From Azolla caroliniana (Eukaryota > Plantae > Polypodiophyta): a stretch of 64,000 nucleotides of DNA. A program made the position numbers and the translations under genes. Below the pieces are notes generated by a model, which made no database searches, was not told the DNA's origin, and worked only from the letters and a program-made list of their open reading frames with translations. The DNA lies in the NCBI GenBank assembly GCA_043228905.1, contig JBHGNT010000007.1:7440001-7504000 (forward strand), given 5' to 3'. This document shows positions 12,187 to 24,745 of the stretch, one piece after another; the stretch's first letter is position 1, and the number at the start of each line of letters is the position of its first letter.

Positions 12187-15100
12187 CTATTGCATTATAT
12201 TTTTGCTAGACAACTTCAATGCCAAATCATAGACTTTGCTCTTCTTCACCGATATCTTTTGTGCCACTAATTTAGCCGCCTGCATTGATATATTCCAATG
12301 TTCCGTACATAAGATAAGGAAATAGAAAGCAAAATCATCTTACCAAATAACATATTTGCACAATTCTATAAGGTGAAAGCAAAAGCAAGAAGAAAAGGAG
12401 TTTAGTGTCTTTTAATATAATAAAATACCTCTGAGATGGTTATATTATTGTCCAATGCCTTCTGAAGTTCAAGCTGAATGTCTTCATCTGATGGTCTTTC
12501 CAAGTTCGATTTCTCTTGTCCTTGTATAACTAATGTTATTTCTCCACGAGGATTACGGCTAGAGAACTCTGTGTTTGCCTCTTGCAATGTGCCACGCCAA
12601 AACTAAAAAACCAAAGACTCTAATTAGGAAAAATTGCAAGAATGCTGCATATATACAAAAGTTTCCGATACCAATCACAGCTTCCTAAAAAAGTTTGTTG
12701 ATATACCTCTTCATGTATTTTGGTCATCTCCCTTGCAACTACACAGCGCCTGTCATCATTCAAACTAATTTCAAGAAATCAACTAAATCCAAATCATTCC
12801 CTTTTCTCCCCACCTAAGACGATAAAGACTCTGATTAATCCTAACTGAAAGGGGGGGGGGGGGGGGGTATTCTTGTAATAGTAGAAAGCTAAGGGGTATT
12901 CTTTTGATTTTTGTAAACAAAGGATAGCTTGGTAAAAATGCAAAAAGTTAGGGCTGTATTGCTGATTTTAGCTGTTACCTTGACCCACCAAATACAGCAA
13001 TACAATCCTCTAAAACTCGACATAGTTTATGGGGCGGCACATAAAGCACTTGAGTAGATGACTCATTGGCCGCGACAACCAACCGATTTCTCCTCTGACT
13101 TCCTTGTGCAGACAAAAAACCAACTGAAATATCTAACATTTCATTAGGAGTTTTTTTAATGGGATGAGGATATAAATTGCCTAACATCAAGGAGTAAAGA
13201 ACAAACCAAAAGAAAACTCATTTGTGGGTAGTCCAGCTGCCACAAGAGCTGTAATAACTGCACATGGTCCTGGAATTGGGAAAACACGAATATTTGCATC
13301 CACACATGCCATCACCTGTGGTAGAGCAGATGATAACCACAAAAAAAGAAGGTTTAAATGGTTTTATGCATATTATTTTTACAAAAAGTAGGTTTTCTAA
13401 TAAATAAAAATGCATTACTAGGTCAGCACCAGGATCACTGATACCCGGCATGCCAGCATCGCTAATGAGTGCCAAAGCTCCACCATGTCGAAGTCTTTCT
13501 AAAACAAAGCTAGATCGTCTTGCCTCATTGTATTTGTGGTAGCTCGACTGCATGATGTGCTTGATCAGAAATATCTTTAAGACGCAATGTCTTTGCAAAT
13601 AATGTGCTTGATTATAAAGTTTGTTGTCATTAATAGTCATGATGATAGCTTGACTACATCATGTGTTTGATTATAAAGGTTTAGTGCCAATAAAGGCCTG
13701 ACAATTTTGTATAATGTGCGTGTTTTGAAAGTTAGTTGTAGTTGTGATAGCTTGACTACATGATGTGCTTGATAATAAATGTTGAACACCCTACAGTTTT
13801 ATATGGAGGTGTGTTTTATCAGAATTTAATAAGGCCTAACACTAGTGGTGACTCATCATTTACAGATGACACGCTTCCTTAGGAAGTTCCAAAACTAGTC
13901 ATGCATTTTTAATCCTAAAAAAGAACAAGCCTTATTACATGAATATGCTTCATTAGAAAAGACTTTTAATCTAACACTAATAAAGCCCAACATTTATGCT
14001 TGATTAGAAAGGTTGAACACTAGAAGATCCTTTCTAACAATAGTTAAGACCCAACATTCTTACGACTTTCTAAAATTCTATCTTAACATACTTAAATGAT
14101 GGTCTGGAGGATTCTTAATGCATGCCATATTTGGTACAAATGATCAATAGTCAAGCATTTACCCTACTATTGTGTGCAAGATTGGTAACCCACACTGGGT
14201 GTGCGGATGCCATAATGTTGTAAGAGTTTTGCAGAGTGCCTCGTATCTTCAGTTAAAATCAAGTCTGCTGACTTTAGCACTCGTAATGCCCTGAAAATGA
14301 GATTGAAAAAGTTTTGAGTGCTATTAGTACACATGACTTTACACATTAAAATTTACCATTATGTACAAAGACTGAAAAATATCACTTTTATGAGTTTTAA
14401 GAGATGCAATGCACGTACCTTAACGTTATGTCCTCCAAATTGCCAATAGGAGTTGCAACAAGGTAGAGTCCACTTTCCAATTCACCCTAAACAAAAAAAT
14501 CCAGAAGAAAGTATAAAATTAGAACTTGAAATCTCAAAAACAGTACACAACATGAAAACTGATGCATATTGAAATAAAAAGTTACGTGGAAAACTTCCTA
14601 ATAGAGCCGTTTCATAACAAGAGACTCTGAGCCATTAATAAATCTGGACCAAAACTCATAGTGACAAGCATCGTGTCTCTCCTAGGACTTCCTAATAAAT
14701 CCTTTCCTACACGAGGCTCCAATTGATTAACAAATCTCCACGAATACTCATTGCAATTAGTATTATATGTCTATCACATTAAGCCACATTCTTGTATACC
14801 TATGAGTAAAAGTTGATAGGTCCTCACTACATTCTTAAAAGTTGAAGATTTTTCTTACACGACCAATAAATCATCTACATATCTTTGTAGTTAAATCTAT
14901 ATTGAAACTCAATTCTAATCAGCATTATCCGGCTTTATGTTCCTAGTCACAATATGGCACACTCTTCAACATTTATAAGCCTAGGACTTACTAACAGACA
15001 TTCACCAGAACTCTATTATCATTAGCATTATATATGAGCAATCACAGACCCCCAAAGAAAAATGGATGTCAGAAATATTCATCTGCTCCACTACATTCTT

Positions 15101-16127
15101 CAGTTTTACCTCTGGTGAATTTCAAAGGTCTAGATTTGCAGAAAATATAATGTCTTTCTTGTAAGCTAAAAAGAACGTAACAATTTCATTTGCCCTATCA
15201 GCAAATCATCTAAATGTCTATCTTCTTTAAAGCCAGAAAGAAATTATATGGAGAATCTGAAAGGCTTACCATGCTACCTTAGCTACATATTGATCTTCTT
15301 TAAAGCTCCATTATAACCATATGTGTAAATTCATATGCTAGCTTGTCCACACGTCCATTTTTTTTAATACCAAATCGTTTCTGCATCTTCTTTAAAACCA
15401 TATTATAATCATAACCCTATCTTACTCTAGGCCAAATTATCACCATAGCTTTTTTTATTTTTAAATTTTCATCATGTCTTCTTTTAAGACAAATTATCAC
15501 CACATCTTCTTTAGCAGAACCATCATCATATCTCCTTCTACACCAAATTATAAATATCTGTTATTTTAATCCAAACCATCACCATATGTTATTTTTAACC
15601 CAATTTACAACCGTTTTTTTTTTTTACGCCAAAGTATAGCCATATCTTACTAAACTCAATTTATTCTCATAACTTATTTTAAATCCAATTTATAACCATA
15701 TTTCTCGTAGGCCAGATTATACCTAAACTATTAACATGTATTTACTGCCATATCTTCGATTCAATACGTTTTCTCAAAAGATTTACATTTGTAGAAGATA
15801 AGATAACCTTCGCTTAAGCCAGAGATTTGAAGTATTAACCATATGGGCGAATTTTCCGAAAATCCTTACTTTTTCAGAAGAATCCATGTCCTTCTCATCG
15901 ATGCAAGAAGTTTCTTCGCAGTGAGGCTCGGTTATTGCACCATCGGAAGCAAAATCAGTAAAGAGGGTTGTTGAAAACTCGCGCCATTCTCTGCGGAGAG
16001 GAGAAGAAATGCGCGGAGGGAAGCTGAAGCGGGTGGATGGGTTCCAGGCAGAAAAGGACTTCACAGCGAGGGTGTGAGGGAGAAGAGAAGCCATGGAAGC
16101 TCTGGTGAAGAAGAGCATTCTCGCCAT
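12187..16127 (-). CDS. rsmI: rRNA small-subunit methyltransferase I (RsmI/YraL family, 16S C1402 2'-O-methyltransferase), organelle-targeted, 9 exons
   Basis: Exons approx. 16127-15870 (Ser/Arg-rich transit-peptide-like), 14486-14419 ([17 protein letters not shown]), 14290-14193 ([10 protein letters not shown]), 13547-13420 (SYHKYNE; [13 protein letters not shown]), 13315-13207 (PIPGPCA), 13123-12979 (GFL; YVPPHKL), 12749-12707 ([11 protein letters not shown]), 12603-12428 (RGEITLVI), 12279-12187 (stop TAG). GT-AG borders. Confidence 0.93.
13550..14060. repeat. Degenerate intronic tandem repeat
   Basis: Recurring catgatgtgcttgattataaag and gatagcttgactacat motifs at 50-110 bp spacing inside an RsmI intron. 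Confidence 0.6.
15220..15760. repeat. Degenerate ~30-bp minisatellite in RsmI intron 1
   Basis: Recurring ccaaattatcaccatatcttcttta-like unit. Confidence 0.55.
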
Positions 16128-17845
16128 TGGAAGATTTGAAGCTCAGTTTTGAAATGATCACAGAATATATGTACACTACTAAATTCTAATGATGGGTTTT
16201 CCATTATTCCCCAAATACCCTCCCACCAAAAACCTCCAACAAAATACATTATACCACCACACACAATACACTACTAATGGTGGGTTTTCCTTTATTCCCC
16301 AGATACCCCCCTAACCACCAAAAACCCACCTGCCTCTGCCTCTGCCTCTGCCAAGACAACTTCATATGAAGATACCTCTTGGGCATCAACATCTACAATC
16401 TACAGACTACACACAACGAGGTGAGATGATGATGGGTTGTAGCCGATAGGAGAGGAACCGTTAGGGACACCGATGCTCACAAGAAGTCCCTGACCGAGAG
16501 CATTTGGGCAAATAACGAACATTCGAGGGTGTTTGAAGAAATAAAGAAGAAAGTTGAGGTATTTCAGAGTTTCCTTTGATGGTAAAGCGCTTCAGTTTAT
16601 CGGGGGGGTGGTCACATAGTAGCATTTCATTGTTCTTTGTTGTAACGAACTGTGCCTAGATGTTTAGATGAAATGTTAAAGGTAGGCTTCCGATATACAT
16701 CTTGTAGAGTTAAGGTGGATATTTCTATTTGGTTAAAGGGCGTGAATGTTTGGGGTAGGCTTTCATATAAACCCCCAAGAGATCTGAGATGAAGGGGTTT
16801 ATTTGATTGATTTACAAGCATGTCGGGTTTGAGTGTTTGAGGCTGGTTTTAGATCATCCTTTGAAACAATGTTGATGTGATAAAGTTTCACTAGTTAAGG
16901 AGGCTTTCAACTGGAGGTGAATTCCCATCGTTAGAATATGTTGGAGCCCATTCAACTTTGGAACAAGTCTCATTCTTTAGAACCCCTAATTAGGTTCATT
17001 GTTGTCTATTTTACAACCACCAAACCTCATCATTATTGGATTTCAAAATTAGAGGATAATTCTATTACTATAATCCATGGTCCTCATCAAATCATGTACC
17101 TCACATGCTTGCGTGAAAACCCTACAACTCTAATAAGACATTGAAAGGATTACGAGAATGTATGCATATCAAGCCATGAAGGTTGATAAACCTAAATGTC
17201 ATAACTTATAAGCATCAAATCATGTTTGTACTATATCAAATCTAAATGTGTGCATTGTGTTTTCTTTGTTGATTGCTCTCAATCTCTATCATAGTTTTAT
17301 TTTCAAAAGTACCTTACACTACTTGTGTAGGTAATTTACAAAATTTGCTTTAGGTATCTCAAAATAACTTATCATTAGATAGTACGTAAAGCACTGCACT
17401 TTAACAATGATAGACATCACTTGTAGAAACTGCATACTGGATCATTTTAGACCTTTCAAAATTACTTTGCAGATGTCATCATTTGTCGGATGTCACAAGA
17501 CGTAGGGTTTAGGTAAACATGCTTTATTGGTTAATGCGATTGCAAATAGAGAAGTGAACTGCTCCATTATTTATGTCATATGCCAAAATAAGACCAAACA
17601 AGAGATTGCATCTTAAGTGTTGTCTCGTCGTTGACCAAAATAAATGTTATTAAGTAAAAAAAGTTAGTAACATAAACAAAGACTAATTTAGAATCTTGTT
17701 ATTTGTACATATAAAATTCTCAAGCTAAATATATTGTAATTTTTGTCTTTAAAATATCTCTAACATAGGCCAATTCAAAATTGAGAGGTCTCTAAACTGA
17801 GGGAAGCACCTACAATGGCAAGAGATAATGGGATTTATATGTCAC

Positions 17846-18399
17846 TAGCAATGGGCCCTGTTCGGTTTCGGTTTGGTTTGGTTTCTTGGTCTTGAAACCA
17901 AACCAAATCATTTATTCCTAATAAAAACCGAACCAAACTATTTAACATTCATGAAGCCATTTAAACCAAACCATTTAGAGCCGAACCGTTTAAACCAATC
18001 CATTTTTAAATAGAAGAAACCAAACCGTTTACAGAAAATTTAGAACCAAACCAAACCATTCTTAATTGATATTGATCATCATATTTATTATAGATTTGTG
18101 TGAGAAAATCATCTTAAATTTGTTCATTATACTTATCATAAAATTTGTCATCAAACTTATTTTAAATTTGATAATCATACTTATTATAAATTTGATCATC
18201 ATACTTATCATATTTGATATCATAAATGAAAAGGAGACTCTACATATAATGCATATAAATTTTAATAAGTTAAAACTATGGTTTAAAATTAAAAGTTAGA
18301 GCCTATAGAGAATTTTTAGGTGTATTTTTTAACCTATAAATTGTTAAGCCATGATTTAAGGGTTTGGTTAGGCTTGAGCCGTAACCGAGCCCATTGCTA
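17846..18399. mobile_element. hAT-type MITE
   Basis: TIR tagcaatgggc / gcccattgcta, subterminal aaaccaaacc/ggtttggttt motifs, degenerate 8-bp TSD tatgtcac / tttatcac. Confidence 0.75.
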
Positions 18400-18431
18400 T
18401 TTATCACGACACAGTGACATCAAATACGTAG

Positions 18432-18501
18432 TTGGTTAGGATTGAACCTACAACCTCATATCAACAAGATGTCATACTCGACCATTTTGATATGAGCATG
18501 C
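18432..18501 (-). mobile_element. Degenerate tRNA-derived (SINE-like) head
   Basis: Reverse complement has A-box-like (atatcaaaatgg) and B-box-like (ggttcaatcc) motifs at tRNA spacing. Confidence 0.4.
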
Positions 18502-19098
18502 ATTTGTATCTCCACCAGTTAGGGGTAAAAAACCAGTCTAGCGTATAGTACATTTCAAAATCAGAATATTCTAGTCGTTAGTATATTCTAGAGATATTGT
18601 ATTGTATTTTCTAGACAGGAATATTCTAGACATATTTCTCGAGTATATTCTAGAGATATTCAATCTCGGAACTTGTATAAATACTTATAACCTACTTGGT
18701 CCCTTTCAAGGGATTCAAATTGTCACAAACACACCAACCATGAACTACGACGGAGCATGGATGACGAGGCTACGACCAATAAGTGGAACCGGAAGTGACG
18801 AGGCTAGGAACTCTAGAAGTTGTGAGTGACAAGACTATGAACATAAGAAGCTAATGTTAGTTGGAGAGCATGAAGACAAATATGAAGATCAAGGAGACAA
18901 TATGGTATAAAACGAGAATACTAGATTGATGTGTTCTCTCATCTTCATGTTGAACTGTTGTTTGATCAATATCAATTTCAAAGATGAGGACTTCTTTTCA
19001 TACACATCCTGTAGCTTCTCCCATAACGAGAATGCTTTCGTCTCCTTGGCCATGCTGAAGTAGACGTTTTTGGCCAGATGCATTCAGATGGTGGAGCG

Positions 19099-19375
19099 TG
19101 TCACGGACAAGTATAATAGAGTAGAACGAAGATAAGACTAGAGAACAAGAGAGAGGAAAAGAACAAGAACTCAACTTATAGAATCTGTAACTTGTGTTGT
19201 TCACCTTGATTAGAATCAAGGTGCACATGAGTATTTATACAAGAGGGTAGGGCTATGTAAGCCAGCTAGAAATACAATGCATGAGGATGCATGCAATAGA
19301 GTACGCATGAGGATGCATGCAAGCTAGAGAATGAGAATGCATGTAAGCTAGGAACTTCTAATGTTCAATCTACAC
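19099..19375 (-). repeat. LTR-like fragment inserted into copia gag
   Basis: Begins TGTCAC exactly at the gag break; minus-strand TATA (tgtataaatactc) near 19235; internal atgcatgaggatgcatgcaa repeats. Confidence 0.5.
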
Positions 19376-19399
19376 TATATGAAGTTGAATTAAATATAA

Positions 19400-19482
19400 G
19401 GATGCATATGTAGCTCAAATGGTAGGGTTTGCCCAATAGAGACCATGAGGTCTTGGGTTCAATCCCTACCTTCCTTTGTGGC
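19400..19482 (+). mobile_element. tRNA-derived SINE-like element head
   Basis: A box tagctcaaatgg, B box ggttcaatccc; related copy at 26206-26286 on the minus strand; no intact cloverleaf. Confidence 0.65.
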
Positions 19483-20866
19483 ATATGTCTATGACAGAGC
19501 ATGTGAATCCGTTTATGGATCTCCACTCTTCGGCTATCATCGAAGTAGGTTTTTCACTGTGTCGAATGGCTTTGACCTGTCTTCTGATGATCAACACATC
19601 CCGCATCATCTCCTTCCACAAGGCAAAGTTTTTGTCATCGAACTTTCAGATTTCAATTCCTATACTGGATGTTGAAGCCATGTTCTCTTTGAAAATGAGA
19701 TTTTTATTGACCTTGTCTTTTCTTTTTGCTTTCTCTGCTATTTTGTTGTCGTTGAACAACAAGTCTCTTTGATACCAGTTGTTGGATATGGTGTTCAATA
19801 TGTACGCGGAAGTATGTGAGGACCTGTGGGCTACGTGCACAACAACACTGAAAGAATATGACAGAAGAAATAGATGGAAACGTAGACACTGTTCAAAGCT
19901 CTAATGGAAGCTCTCATTATTTTGTAACTCTTACACTCTTAAAGACTCGGGATACATGAAGATTATCGTTACAATGTTAGGGTCGCAACCAGATAGCGGC
20001 GGCAGAACATGCATGGTTGTCGGAATGGCCGGAAATCCTAAAACAACGGCGAAGGCCGAATAACCCACTGGACGAGGGACCAACGACAACGAGTAGAAGC
20101 AGAAACTGACACAAACATACAGGAAGAGGAAGGAGTGGAAGATAGAAGCCTCAAAAGAAAAGAAGACGAAGAAAAGAAAGACATAAGGGAAGTAGAAACA
20201 GAAAACGGAGATGAAGGAGAGAAAGAGAGAAAGAGAGAAGGGAAGAAGAAAAATTAGAAGAAAAGACAAAATGAGAGGGAAAAAGAAAAAAAAGGGGGGG
20301 GGCATGTAACAAATATTGAAACCTTGAGGGTACTAAATGAAAATTTAAAACCTCGAGGGTATATAATAGAATTTTAAAAACTCAAAGGGCACTTACGGAA
20401 TTTCGAAAACGCATGAACCTAAAAGAAATGGATGTGATCGACCACGACAACTCACACAAAATTAAAGGAAGAACACACATACACACAACGTGCTTTTGGA
20501 CCCATGATGAAGTTCGTGAACCGACAGAACGGGAATGTTCGTGTCGATGAAGTCGCTGACTGAAGGAGATGTTCGAGTCAAGCGCTCTGATCGAAGGAGT
20601 CGATCGTTGAGACGACCGATGGAAATTCTGGTCGAAGAAAGATTATGATCAAGGCATGTGGGATCGACGTGCAAGGCACTCTCCCACGGGCGTGCCATAT
20701 TGTGTTACCATACGAGATGTACGGGTGATTGATAAGTGTGAGTGTGGTTGATACAAAGAGGTGTGAGTGAGTGACTAGGTGTGAATGCCAAGGGGGCTTG
20801 CACCCTTGTGTATCTACCCCTTTGTACCTATTTAACCCCTTATGGGGAATGAATGAATAGAATGAA

Positions 20867-20868
<2 letters not shown>

Positions 20869-20949
<81 letters not shown>
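20869..20949. repeat. (CT)n microsatellite
   Basis: About 40 perfect CT units. Confidence 0.95.
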
Positions 20950-20951
<2 letters not shown>

Positions 20952-21004
20952 GTTGAACCCCCTTGGGAGGGGGGTGGAGCCTAGAATGAATAGAATGAAC
21001 ATTC

Positions 21005-24000
21005 ACGTCGACACACTACTAGGGGATCTGGAGGTGTCGCGATACTATTTCGTAGAGAGCTACATAATAGGATAGAAATAATGAAGATAGACCCAGAAGC
21101 TCATTTTATGTGGGTGAAAGTCTCCACAAGCAAAGACCATGCAGTATTTTTCGCCATTTGTTACTTTTCCCCAAAAGGATCCCGTTATAATATTAGTGGC
21201 TTGACGAGATTAGTCGATGAAGGAATGCCACATGGGCCTTCTCCATACGAACCCCTATCGGATGACATAATCCGATATTCTTCCCAAGGAGAAGTATTTC
21301 TTGTAGGAGACTTCAATGTGAGAACCCAATCCCGACAATGCACAGTATTTTAGATGAATAGAAACCTAGAAATGGTAAATGTTGATCCTTTAGACATAGG
21401 CACCACACGTAGATCAAAGGATCAAGGTGCGGACGCCACGAGCTTTGGCCATCATCTGCTCGAACTTGGCAATCGGCACCAGATGGTCATATATAATGGT
21501 TTAGCTAAGTGGCCGGGCTCGGAAGAGCTCACATGTTTCCCACATGGAGGAGGGGAAAGCACAGTTGACTATCTAATAGGGCGCCCTGAAGCTACCCACA
21601 TGATTAACTCCTTCCGAGTGGCCCCATGCCCTATTGGCGTAGACCATAGTTTCTTATACTTCGAGCTAAAATGTGATATCTCTAAGGTCACCAAGTCTAG
21701 TCAACCATGCCATCACACCACAATACATTTCACACATGAGCTCTCTGACATATACTCTCAACATGTTCATGCCCATCTCCCCTCCATTGATCCCTCCCTA
21801 CCGTTAGAAAGCCTTAGTACAAAACTCACACACATCCTTCACTCCGCAGCAGCTAGCAGTTTCCCATATACAAAACACTCAAATCAAGGTAGATCAGGAT
21901 CAATGCCACAAAATAAATGGTATGACGAGGATTGTAGGGACCTACATAGACAACTTACAGTATCACAACTCAATGGTAGTATTACCTCCATACAAGCTCG
22001 CAAAGAAATGTGTAAGATGACACGTCGTAAGAGACGAGCGTGGGAGGCATCCCAATACTGGGTACTCTACCATATGCTCATGAGTAGCGATTGCGCCACG
22101 GCATGGAAGAGACTACGGGAGCCAAGACCACAAACACCCATCGAAGATCCCGAAACTTGGCACACATATACAGAGAGACTTTACCAAATCCCAAACCAAC
22201 CACCCTTTCCAATGCCTTCCACACCCCGGCCTACCACGGGGACACTTTTCACGACCTCTAGGGTCATGAAGATCATAAAGAAATTACAACATAGGAAGTC
22301 CATGGACCACACAGGATTGCGAGCAGAACACATTATATATGCGAGAGAGTGCCTAGCTCCCTTGCTAACTCTAATCTTCAATCGTGCCCTTGCGGAGGGT
22401 TTTCCACCACAATGGACTATGAATACAATGGCCCCCATACATAAAGGGGGGGACCCCATGGACCCAAATACATATAGGACCATTATGATAGGCCATACCC
22501 TTGCTAAGTTATATGGTGCAGTAATGGAAGCAGAGCTTAGCGACTACATGGAGACCCTAAACCTTCGTGCACCTGAACAAGCTGGCTTTAGACGAGCCTT
22601 CTCCACTATTGATCATATCTTCACACTTAGATGCCTAATTGACCAAACTAAGGCTCGCAAGAAGAAATTATATTGTTGTTTTGTGGACTTCCGCAAAGCC
22701 TTTGACACAGTCCCTAGAGAGCGGTTGTTTGATAGACTTAAAAGCTTGAGGATACCAGATGATATGGTATGGGCCATCTACGCACTATATGAACAAGTGT
22801 TCGGGTGTGTCCGATGCCCAGGTGGCCTATCCAATCCTTTCACTAGCACTATTGGTGTAAAACAAGGTTGCCCCCTATCACCGACGCTTTTTGGGATCTA
22901 CATTGATGAGATCACAGATTTTATTGCTCGTGAGGGAGGCACCGGAGTGGTCCTTGGGGATACATAGGTTCGTATCTTGCTCTATGCGGATGACATAGTT
23001 TTGCTCTCTGAATCCGAACACGACCTACAGAGGCACCTTAATGCCTTAGATGACTTTTGTGTACAACGAGGATTGGTAGTGAATCTAGGGAAAACGAAAG
23101 TCCTTATCTTCCACACATCGGCCCAAGTTAGAGCTAAGTGTCACCTAACTATCTCCCATAGCCCAGTCGAGGTGGTTGGATCGTACGTCTATCTCGGAGT
23201 CACTTTTAGTGCCCGCTCAGGTAAATTTTCGATGACACAGGCAGCGAAGGATAGACTCACGAGAGGACATGCATCCCTCTCACTCCTAGAGAGACAATGC
23301 CACCAAGCACACTTTCAAGAGCCACGGACTAAAGGGTGGATCTTTGACTCATTAGTGACCCCCTCCCTCATGTATGCATCAGCGGTTTGGGCTCTAGGAT
23401 TACCATCCTTCATGTGGACGCAATTAGAGAGACCATTGGTGATGATGCTATCACGCCAACTCCGAAGCAAATCGACTGTACCACATGACATTATTAGGGC
23501 CGAGTTCACGTTACCCCCAATGCTAGTAGAGGCACTTTTTCAACTTGTAGTCTTCATTGATAGGATACATAGCCAACCACATGATAGAATATCTCATCAA
23601 GCCTTTAAGGCCTCTCGATCATTTTATGAGTCCGGCTCTACTAGCTCATGGTATGGCATGATGGTGAGTTGGCTTCTTGCGAATGGTCTAGACATTAATA
23701 ACCTACCTCCCCTTAGGTACAACCACACGAGTGATAACACCTTAATCTCTCATGAGAACCACAATAAAGTAATACGCCAAGAAATATGGCAAATTTACAC
23801 TCGGTGTAAATGGATCACCCCACTAGAGCCACTCCCATCTAAAATGTCGTACTATAAGAAACACTTCATGCACTTCTCTGAGTTAGGTTTTATCACGCGG
23901 CCAAAATATCTAGATGTATTCTTACCACATGCACTAAGGGTTGCCATTGGACAACTTCGAATATCATCTCACCAACTTGAGATTGAAAATGGCCGTACTA

Positions 24001-24745
24001 GTGGAGTCCCTAGGGAGGAAAGGATATGTAGGTTATGTCACATAGAGATAGAGGATGAGTACCACTTTACATGCAAGTGTCCAACCTATGCCGAGATAAG
24101 GGCAAAATACCAAGACATACTTGGTCCGTCTCCCACCCTCCCCAAACTATTAGATACTCTAGATATAAAGAAATTAGGCAAATACATTCTAGAGCTAAAA
24201 CAACACAGAGAGAATAAATTACAAAATGTTGACAATAATGTTGCTAATGATCACGAACATGTAACAAATGCAGTTTTTCAGGAACCTGAGGAGACAACAA
24301 ATGCCGACACACTTGCACCACTCGGCCTTTCCATTGATGAGGCAGAAAACCAGAGAAGAACTAGACGTCCTCGGGTGCCGGGTTTCAAAGCAACTCGACG
24401 TGATGTGGAAGCAATATTGAAAATAAGGGAACGTGAGCCACACCGCCTAGAAGCCATGGCGAGGGCACTCTCTACATTGGAACCCACATCAAGACCCTTT
24501 GACCCCCCACTTCTTTTCGAGAGGCTTGGGTGGAAATAAAATTAGGCTTAGTGTATAGTCACTTTCGAGTATACTACATATTGTACACTACTAGAACTCT
24601 TTTAGTTTAAGTTCTATTTTTTTACTTAATTTTATTTTAGTTATGATGACTGGATAAATACTCTATTGTTGTAAACCAATTGTCTCATGGGCCAAATTTG
24701 GCCTTAGAAGACGTTAATACATCTTTCTTTCTTTCTTCCCCCCCC
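21005..24745 (+). mobile_element. 5'-truncated non-LTR retrotransposon (RTE-X/L2-like ORF2: APE-RT-C-terminal CCHC)
   Basis: EN motifs LVGDFN, STVDY, DHS; RT motifs QAGFR, FVDFRKAFDTV, GVKQGCPLSPTLF, LYADD, YLGV; C-terminal LRISSHQLEIENGR...ERICRLC...EDEYHF..KC. Only two in-frame stops (21351, 22965) in ~3.5 kb. 3' tail (TCTT)n. Confidence 0.92.

Larger units (their letters stand above)
18850..19975 (-). mobile_element. Truncated Tnt1-like copia element (LTR end, PBS, gag N-terminus), split by later insertions
   Basis: PBS reverse complement tctttgatacca at 19766-19777 beside an LTR end at 19780. Gag MASTSSIGIEI*KFDDKNFALWK...EEWRS (19682-19505) continues as RSTI*MHLAKNVYFSMAKETKAFSLWEKL (19098-18930). 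Confidence 0.75.

Noticed and set aside
19400-19482. Functional tRNA gene
   Set aside because: A and B boxes are present but acceptor and anticodon stems do not pair convincingly; treated as SINE-like.
20504-20530. Hammerhead-like atgatga-agttc-gt-gaac motif
   Set aside because: Lacks the following GAAA and flanking stems.
19931-21006. Phe/Leu-rich and (ER)n ORFs
   Set aside because: Translations of purine-rich low-complexity sequence and (CT)n microsatellite.
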